The position numbers and the translations under genes were made by a program. Under the pieces are notes generated by a model. That model made no database searches. It saw only the letters and a program-made list of their open reading frames with translations, and was not told where the DNA came from. A stretch of 64,000 nucleotides of DNA from Verrucomicrobiota bacterium (GTDB taxonomy: Bacteria; Verrucomicrobiota; Lentisphaeria; Lentisphaerales; Lentisphaeraceae), in the NCBI GenBank assembly GCA_039798785.1, contig JBDKFG010000008.1:32001-96000 (forward strand). The letters are read 5' to 3'. Below, in pieces: positions 58,652 to 64,000 of the stretch; position 1 is the first letter of the stretch, and each line of letters starts with the position of its first letter.

Positions 58652-60097
58652 TCAATGGCCGGCGTCGCGACGGGTCGGGGGGGCGTCCTTTTTGACCAGA
58701 GGATCGCCCATTTCCGATTCCAGCTCCGCCAGGCGTCGACGCAAGACGGCCAGGCGCTCCGCCTGGGCCGGCTCGGCGGCGAGGTCGCGCAGCTCGTCGG
58801 GATCCCGGGCGAGATCGAAGAGCATCGACACCCCGGCCTTGGGATAGTGGATCAGCTTCCAGCCTTGATCGATGACGCAGCGCTGCAGATCGCGTGAGTA
58901 ACAGCCGTAAATCGCGGCATGGTGAGGCGGCGGCTGCGGCCGGAGCAGCGGCAGGAGACTCTTGAATTCGACGAAGGGAGGGGCGGGGATTCCGGCGGCT
59001 TCGAGGGAAGTGGGGAAGGCGTCCTGAAGATAGATCGGCGTCGCGATCCGGCGACCGGCGGGGATGCCGGGACCGCGCAGCAGGAAGGCGGTGCGGAGCG
59101 AGTGTTCGTAGAGGTTCTGCTTGCCCATCAGGCCGTGGTGGCCGCAGGCGAGGCCGTGGTCGGCACTGAAGATCACCAAGGTGTCCTTGGCGAGGCCGGT
59201 GGCGTCGAGGCGGTCGAGGATGCGGCCGATCTGCTGGTCGAGGTGGCTGATCAAGGCGTAGTATTCGCCACGGAGCTGACGCACCGCCCCGGGAGTTCGA
59301 GGAAAGACGCAAAGCCTTTCGTCGCGCAGGTCCTGGCCGCAGCCGATCTTGTCGGCGTGGGGTGCCTCGGGGAGGAAGTTGCGGGGGAGGTCGACGGCGG
59401 CGGCGGGATACATGTCGACGAAGGATTTCGGCGCCTGGCGGGGGTCGTGAGGAGCATTGAAGGCGACGTAGGCGAAGAAGGGGCGCGGCTCGTCGCGCCG
59501 GCTGTCAAGATAGGCGATGGCTTCGTCGGCGGTGACGACACTCCAATGTTTGCCTCCCTCCCAATAACCTTTCAAGCTTTCGTCCCAAGGGGTCCAGCTT
59601 TCCTGGCCGGCAGGGCGAGGCCGCTGATAGGCATCGGGGCGGGAGCCGGGCATGCCGCCGCGGACGGTGCCGAGCTGCCGGAAGCAGGCTTGCGGGGCGA
59701 GGCCGTCGACATGCCATTTCCCGGTCATGTAAGTGGCGTAGCCGGCCTGATCGAGAATCTGGCCCCAGGTCCGTCCGGCGGCTGCTTCGGCCTTCAGGTC
59801 AAGAGCGCCGGCGCGCCAGACGAAGCGTCCGGTGTTCAGCATGGTTCGGCTGGGGACGCAAACCGCGGCGGACCACGAGCCCATGTTGTAGCAATGGGTG
59901 AAGTTGCACCCCTGCGAGGCGAGGCGGTCTAGATGCGGGGTCTTGACTACCGGATTGCCGTTGCAGGCGAGGGCGTCCCAGGCGAGGTCGTCGGCGAAGA
60001 GAAGCAGGATGTTGGGACGCTTCCCGGGCGGCTTCTCCTCGTCTCCGGGGAGGCTCAGGCAGTGGAGAAGTGCGAAAAGACAGAGCAGGTGTTTCAT
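58652..60097 (-). CDS. Cys-type sulfatase
   Basis: RPNILLLFADD, TPHLDRLA, CVPSR..LNTG, GKWH, APHDP, SADHG, GKQNLYE, LFDL..DPDE. Confidence 0.93.
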   Translation of the reverse strand: MKHLLCLFALLHCLSLPGDEEKPPGKRPNILLLFADDLAWDALACNGNPVVKTPHLDRLASQGCNFTHCYNMGSWSAAVCVPSRTMLNTGRFVWRAGALDLKAEAAAGRTWGQILDQAGYATYMTGKWHVDGLAPQACFRQLGTVRGGMPGSRPDAYQRPRPAGQESWTPWDESLKGYWEGGKHWSVVTADEAIAYLDSRRDEPRPFFAYVAFNAPHDPRQAPKSFVDMYPAAAVDLPRNFLPEAPHADKIGCGQDLRDERLCVFPRTPGAVRQLRGEYYALISHLDQQIGRILDRLDATGLAKDTLVIFSADHGLACGHHGLMGKQNLYEHSLRTAFLLRGPGIPAGRRIATPIYLQDAFPTSLEAAGIPAPPFVEFKSLLPLLRPQPPPHHAAIYGCYSRDLQRCVIDQGWKLIHYPKAGVSMLFDLARDPDELRDLAAEPAQAERLAVLRRRLAELESEMGDPLVKKDAPPTRRDAGH

Positions 60098-60131
60098 CGT
60101 CGCTCCCTGAGTGCCGTCTTACGGAGAGGTG

Positions 60132-60156
60132 AGGCCGCCTCCGGGGGAGGCGGCCT
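60132..60156. terminator. Intergenic hairpin
   Basis: AGGCCGCCTCC-ggg-GGAGGCGGCCT right after the DUF1080 stop; no U tract. Confidence 0.5.
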
Positions 60157-60163
60157 GTCAGGA

Positions 60164-61015
60164 TCAGAGCGGCATGATCTCGATCTTGCGGAACTCGATC
60201 GGAGCGCTCTCGCCCTGGATCGAGATGCTGCCCGATTCGATCAGCTTGCCCTTGGCCTTGATCTGGGCGTCGATGTATTCGTGGGCGCCGTCGCCGCATC
60301 CGTATTTCGGGTCGAGCTGAATGTCGTTGACTTCATGGACCTGCTTGCCGTCGATGAAGTGCTTCACCGACTTGCTGCCATTGACTTCGAGCTCGATCGT
60401 CACCCATTCGTTCTCGGGGAAGCTCATGCCGATGTCGGGCTGGATGCCGTGGGCGGTGGTGAACTTGCCTTTGTGGACGCAGTTGGTGCCGGGAGTGCAG
60501 ACGGCGAGGGTGGGGCGGTTCTGGCCGGCCTTCTCGGTGCCGAGGAGCTGCGATTCGATCGAAACCGGGAAGGGCTGGTCCTTGGTCATGGTCTCCGCCG
60601 GCTGGCCCAGGACCATGAAGCCGTTGTTGCGGATGGCCCAGCCGGGACCTTGCGGCACTTGCTTGCCGACGAAGCGGTACTCGGCGCGGAGACGGTAGTG
60701 ACCGTAGCTGCCCTTGTAGAAGAGGTGGCCGAACTTGTCGGCGAACTTGTCGTACTTGTCGTAGGAGACGACGAGCTTGCCATCGACGACACGGAAGGTG
60801 TCAAGATGGTTTTCCCCCAAGGGGAAACCTTTGATTTTCGGGGTCCAGCCGGTCAAGTCCTTGCCGTTGAAGATCGGAGTCCACTGGCCTTTCGGCAGGG
60901 CGGCTTCGTCGGCGGTCTGGGCAGGGGCGGCGGGAGCGGCGGCATCCGCCGCGGCGATGGCGAGGGCGGCACTGCCGATCAAGGCGGCGAATCCGAGGGA
61001 ACGGAGGAATTTCAT
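60164..61015 (-). CDS. DUF1080 domain protein
   Basis: Signal peptide; IFNGKDLTGW, FGHLFY, YRLRAEYRF, SIESQL, ISIQGESAPIEFRKI; RBS AGGAG. Confidence 0.88.
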   Translation of the reverse strand: MKFLRSLGFAALIGSAALAIAAADAAAPAAPAQTADEAALPKGQWTPIFNGKDLTGWTPKIKGFPLGENHLDTFRVVDGKLVVSYDKYDKFADKFGHLFYKGSYGHYRLRAEYRFVGKQVPQGPGWAIRNNGFMVLGQPAETMTKDQPFPVSIESQLLGTEKAGQNRPTLAVCTPGTNCVHKGKFTTAHGIQPDIGMSFPENEWVTIELEVNGSKSVKHFIDGKQVHEVNDIQLDPKYGCGDGAHEYIDAQIKAKGKLIESGSISIQGESAPIEFRKIEIMPL

Positions 61016-61178
61016 GCAGGTCTCCTGGTGGGGTTGCGCTGGGACGGAGCCGCGCGGCCCCGCTTCGACGACTATAGACCTGTTTAGGGCGGATAAGTTC
61101 CTCTGAAGCGCGGACAAGTCTGTCACCTCCGCCTTTCGAGTTGCAGCGCTATGGTCAGTCGCAGCCAAGGAATTCCGG

Positions 61179-61871
61179 ATGAAAGCGATGATGAGCGCCC
61201 TTCTACTTTTCAGCAGCCCCGATCCGGTGCCGGCCAGCGAACGTTCGCGCCAGGCCGAGGCCCGCCAGACGCCGCTTCTCGAGCCGGCCTTGCATCCCTT
61301 GAAGCTGGAGCTGGGCGCCCCGGTGCTGCTGCGCCTGTTCAAGGAGGAGCGAGAGGCGGAGCTTTGGATGCGTCAGGACGGCGGCTCCTGGGTCAAGGCG
61401 AGGCAATGGCCGATCACGGCGCTTTCCGGCGAGCTCGGGCCGAAACAGAAGGAAGGCGACCGGCAAGGGCCGGAAGGCTACTACGCGGTGCAGGTGAAAG
61501 CGCTGAATCCTGCCAGCAGCTACCACCTGTCGATGAACATCGGCTACCCCAACGCCTACGACAAGGCGCAGAAGCGGAGCGGCTCCCTGATCATGATCCA
61601 TGGCGGCGCCGCCAGCATCGGCTGCTTCGCCCTCGGCGATCCCGCTGTGGAGGAACTTTGGACTCTGGCCGCCGCAGCGTTCCGCCGCGGCCAGAAGGAG
61701 ATCGAGGTCCATGCCTACCCTTTCCGACTCGAAGAGGCGAAGATGAAGGCCCATGCCGAATCTCCCTGGATGCCTTTCTGGCAGGAACTCAAACTTGGCT
61801 ATGAACGCTTCCGCAAGAAGCCGGGACCGCTCAAGGTCTCCGTCAAGAACGGAAGCTACAGCCTGCCCTGA
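61179..61871 (+). CDS. YkuD-family L,D-transpeptidase-like protein (YafK/DpaA type)
   Basis: RLFKEE, GPKQKEGDRQGPEGYY, HLSMNIGYPN, IMIHGGAASIGC, FWQELK.GY. Confidence 0.88.
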   Translation: MKAMMSALLLFSSPDPVPASERSRQAEARQTPLLEPALHPLKLELGAPVLLRLFKEEREAELWMRQDGGSWVKARQWPITALSGELGPKQKEGDRQGPEGYYAVQVKALNPASSYHLSMNIGYPNAYDKAQKRSGSLIMIHGGAASIGCFALGDPAVEELWTLAAAAFRRGQKEIEVHAYPFRLEEAKMKAHAESPWMPFWQELKLGYERFRKKPGPLKVSVKNGSYSLP

Positions 61872-61885
61872 ACCGCTGGCACAAG

Positions 61886-61918
61886 GAAAAACCGGCCGCT
61901 TCGGGCGGCCGGTTTTTC
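61886..61918. terminator. Bidirectional rho-independent terminator
   Basis: GAAAAACCGGCCGC-ttcgg-GCGGCCGGTTTTTC between convergent genes. Confidence 0.85.
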
Positions 61919-61934
61919 GATCCGGGAGGGTGCT

Positions 61935-62759
61935 TCAGCCGACAAGATTGTCGACCTGGAGCTTCTCGCGGAGCTTCTTGAGGGCCTGGTTCTGGATCTG
62001 GCGGACGCGTTCGCGTGTACGCCCTATTGCCTGCGAGACTTCCTCGAGGGTCTTGGGGCGCTGCGACAGGAGGCCGAAGCGGAGTTCCAGGACGAGTTTT
62101 TCGCGGTCGGTGAGGAGGATCATGTGTTTCGACATCGAGCGGAAGGACTCTTCCTGTCCGATGATGTCGGAAGCCGTGGTGGCGGACTTGTCCGCGACGA
62201 TGTCCTGGATCTCGCCGTCTTCGCCATCCTGGAGCTTCGCTTGGAGGGAGATGGTGGAGCCGCCGACGGTGGAGAGGCCGGAGACGGTGCGCTTCGAGAA
62301 GCTGAGGAAGTCGGCGATTTCGGCGTCGGTGGGCTCGCGCATGAGCTTTTCTTTCAGCTCGAGGCGGGCGTTGCGGATCTTGTTGATCTTGCCGGCCGAC
62401 TGCACCGGGATGCGGATGGTGCGGGACTGGTTGGCGAGGCCGCGGCGCATCGACTGCTTGATCCACCAGGCGGCGTAGGAGGAAAATTTGGCGCCTTTTG
62501 CCGGATCGAACTTCTCGACCGCACGCATCAGGCCGATATTGCCTTCCGAGATCAGGTCGGAGAGGGGGAGCCCCAAGCCTTTGAAGTCGTGGGCGATCTT
62601 GACCACCAGGCGGAGGTTGGAGACGATCAGCTTCTCGCGGGCCTTTTCGTCGCCGACGGCGATCAGGGCGGCGAGGTCGACCTCTTCGTCCTTGGTCACC
62701 AGCTTGATGTCGCTGATGTTATGCATGTAGTTGCGGATCGCGTCGCTCTTGGAGTCCAT
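61935..62759 (-). CDS. RpoD/SigA-family sigma factor (short form, lacking region 1.1)
   Basis: SNLRLVVKIA, DLISEGNIGLMRAVEKFD, KFSSYAAWWIKQ, RTIRIP, TLEEV...TRERVRQIQ..ALKKLR. Confidence 0.93.
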   Translation of the reverse strand: MDSKSDAIRNYMHNISDIKLVTKDEEVDLAALIAVGDEKAREKLIVSNLRLVVKIAHDFKGLGLPLSDLISEGNIGLMRAVEKFDPAKGAKFSSYAAWWIKQSMRRGLANQSRTIRIPVQSAGKINKIRNARLELKEKLMREPTDAEIADFLSFSKRTVSGLSTVGGSTISLQAKLQDGEDGEIQDIVADKSATTASDIIGQEESFRSMSKHMILLTDREKLVLELRFGLLSQRPKTLEEVSQAIGRTRERVRQIQNQALKKLREKLQVDNLVG

Positions 62760-63158
62760 AGGCCTGTCTGTCCTGGTCGTGAATTTATCCCGGCTTGGGG
62801 GGGCGTAGTGTAGTCGGGCTTGACGATTTGACAAGTGCCCTCTAACAACTACGCACAATTGGGGTGGGCTTGCAAGGGGTGGGCTTGATTTTCCCGAGAA
62901 AATCTTCAAGCAGTGCAAATCATCTTTCATGGCGCCACTCCTAGAAGCCCCCCCGCAGAGAGCTTCGCAGCTTGTCGGGGACTTGCACAGGTCGAAAATC
63001 TTCCCTTGCGCATGTCCAGGTCGGCAAGCCGGTCTCGCGCCAAGACGCCCAGCTGTTTGGACTTTTCGCCTCTTGGACTCCGTCCATGATTGTAATGCGT
63101 CGGCTCCGGGCTATTTTTGCAGGTGTGGAAACACCGGGGTCTCTCCGGCACCCATCAA

Positions 63159-63510
63159 GGGGGCGCAATGGTTTCGACTGTTGGGAAGAGGTCTGGGTGG
63201 CATGCCGAGGCTGATCGGTTGGCCGCGTTAAAAGCCGATCAAAAAAACAGACGCCAACACAGAACTGGCTCTCGCGGCCTAAGTCCGCGCCTGTCCCCCG
63301 CCTACGCCTGATAAGCGCGCCGACAGGATAAACCATCAGGCTGGCCAGGAGACCTCGTCCTAGGGGTCGCCAGCGAGAAAGCACTAGGAATCGAGCCAGA
63401 GCTAGCCTGTCACTGGGCGGGTGAGGCTGTAGCAACATAAACAGTGAATATGCATGTAGAAGCTCAGATGGCTGCTCATCAGGACGGGGGTTCGACTCCC
63501 CCCGCCTCCA
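63159..63510 (+). ncRNA. ssrA: tmRNA; tag (A)DANTELALAA
   Basis: 5' GGGGGCG...GGTTTCGAC, 3' GGGGTTCGACTCCCCCCGCCTCCA; tag ORF 63250-63282 ends LALAA-TAA; CCA not encoded. Confidence 0.95.
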
Positions 63511-63513
63511 CTC

Positions 63514-63551
63514 AGTCCCCGCCGATCCACACCGGCGGGGACTTTTCTTTT
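63514..63551 (+). terminator. Rho-independent terminator of ssrA
   Basis: AGTCCCCGCCG...CGGCGGGGACT followed by TTTCTTTT. Confidence 0.85.
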
Positions 63552-63802
63552 GTGTTGAATCCAAGGCGTTTGTGGCTTTCGTGGGCTTGGCTAAGGAAGG
63601 CCGAAAACCCAAAACTATGCCACTTCTTAGCCACTTGGACCTTGCGAGGGGGCTCAAATGCCCCTATGCTTCCTCCAGGGTGCTCTACCGCATACTTCCG
63701 CCCGGAGCCAGTCGCTCGCCGGGTAACCGAGGTCTCGAATCTGTCGCCGGCGGGCGGACATCCCCTAAAGCATCAGTGTCATACAAACCCTGGAGGCAGC
63801 CC

Positions 63803-64000
63803 ATGGCCCGAGCCAAAGCCGACAAAGTCATCAAGAAGAAGCTTCCCCGTGGTGCACTCTTTCAGATGGTCCCCGGATGCAGCTTCTACTTCCGCTATCA
63901 GCTCAACGGCGTGCGCACCACGGAGAACCTCAAGACCAAAGACCTCAAGACTGCAGAAGCCTTGGTCGAGGAGCGTCTCCGCACCATCGATGCTCCATCC
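63803..64000 (+). CDS. 3'-truncated protein, probable tyrosine integrase N-terminal (arm-binding) region
   Basis: GGAGG RBS; MARAK...GALFQ...SFYFRYQLNGVRTTENLKTKDLKTAEAL is the typical 3-strand/helix N-terminus of phage integrases; lies just after ssrA. The catalytic domain is outside the window. Confidence 0.6.
   Translation, partial: MARAKADKVIKKKLPRGALFQMVPGCSFYFRYQLNGVRTTENLKTKDLKTAEALVEERLRTIDAPS

Noticed and set aside
62760..63158. Additional ncRNA or riboswitch between the sigma gene and ssrA
   Set aside because: Only a short GGGGTGGGCTTG duplication and weak hairpins are visible; no recognisable family, and it is probably a divergent promoter region.

Overview
High-GC bacterial chromosome segment, probably from the PVC superphylum (Lentisphaerae/Verrucomicrobia-like, inferred from LpxI, the ECF sigma types, sulfatase/DUF1080 genes and the tmRNA tag). 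Housekeeping genes include ubiX, aroC, hisI, grxD, pdxH, lpxI, exbB/exbD, nnr, rnhA, argD/argF, an RpoD-like sigma factor, tRNA-Tyr and tmRNA. The strongest candidate for an undescribed system is a five-gene phosphonate cluster (51163-57471, minus strand): aminotransferase, ATP-grasp ligase, MFS transporter, lipoprotein gamma-glutamyltransferase and PEP mutase. It resembles a phosphonoalanine-peptide (phosphonoalamide-like) pathway with an extra GGT. The second is an ECF sigma/FecR-type anti-sigma pair whose sensor domain is a clear paralogue of the N-terminal domain of the giant purple acid phosphatase that follows, with a shared promoter motif upstream of both the sigma and the phosphatase. 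Other observations: an AT-rich two-gene cassette bracketed by inverted REP-like repeats and a diverged duplicate of the argF 3' end; a MITE family with ~7-bp target duplications; a small flagellar accessory locus (Maf, FliS, FlgM-like); and a probable integrase beginning just after tmRNA at the window edge. All calls come from reading motifs by eye; no database searches were run.
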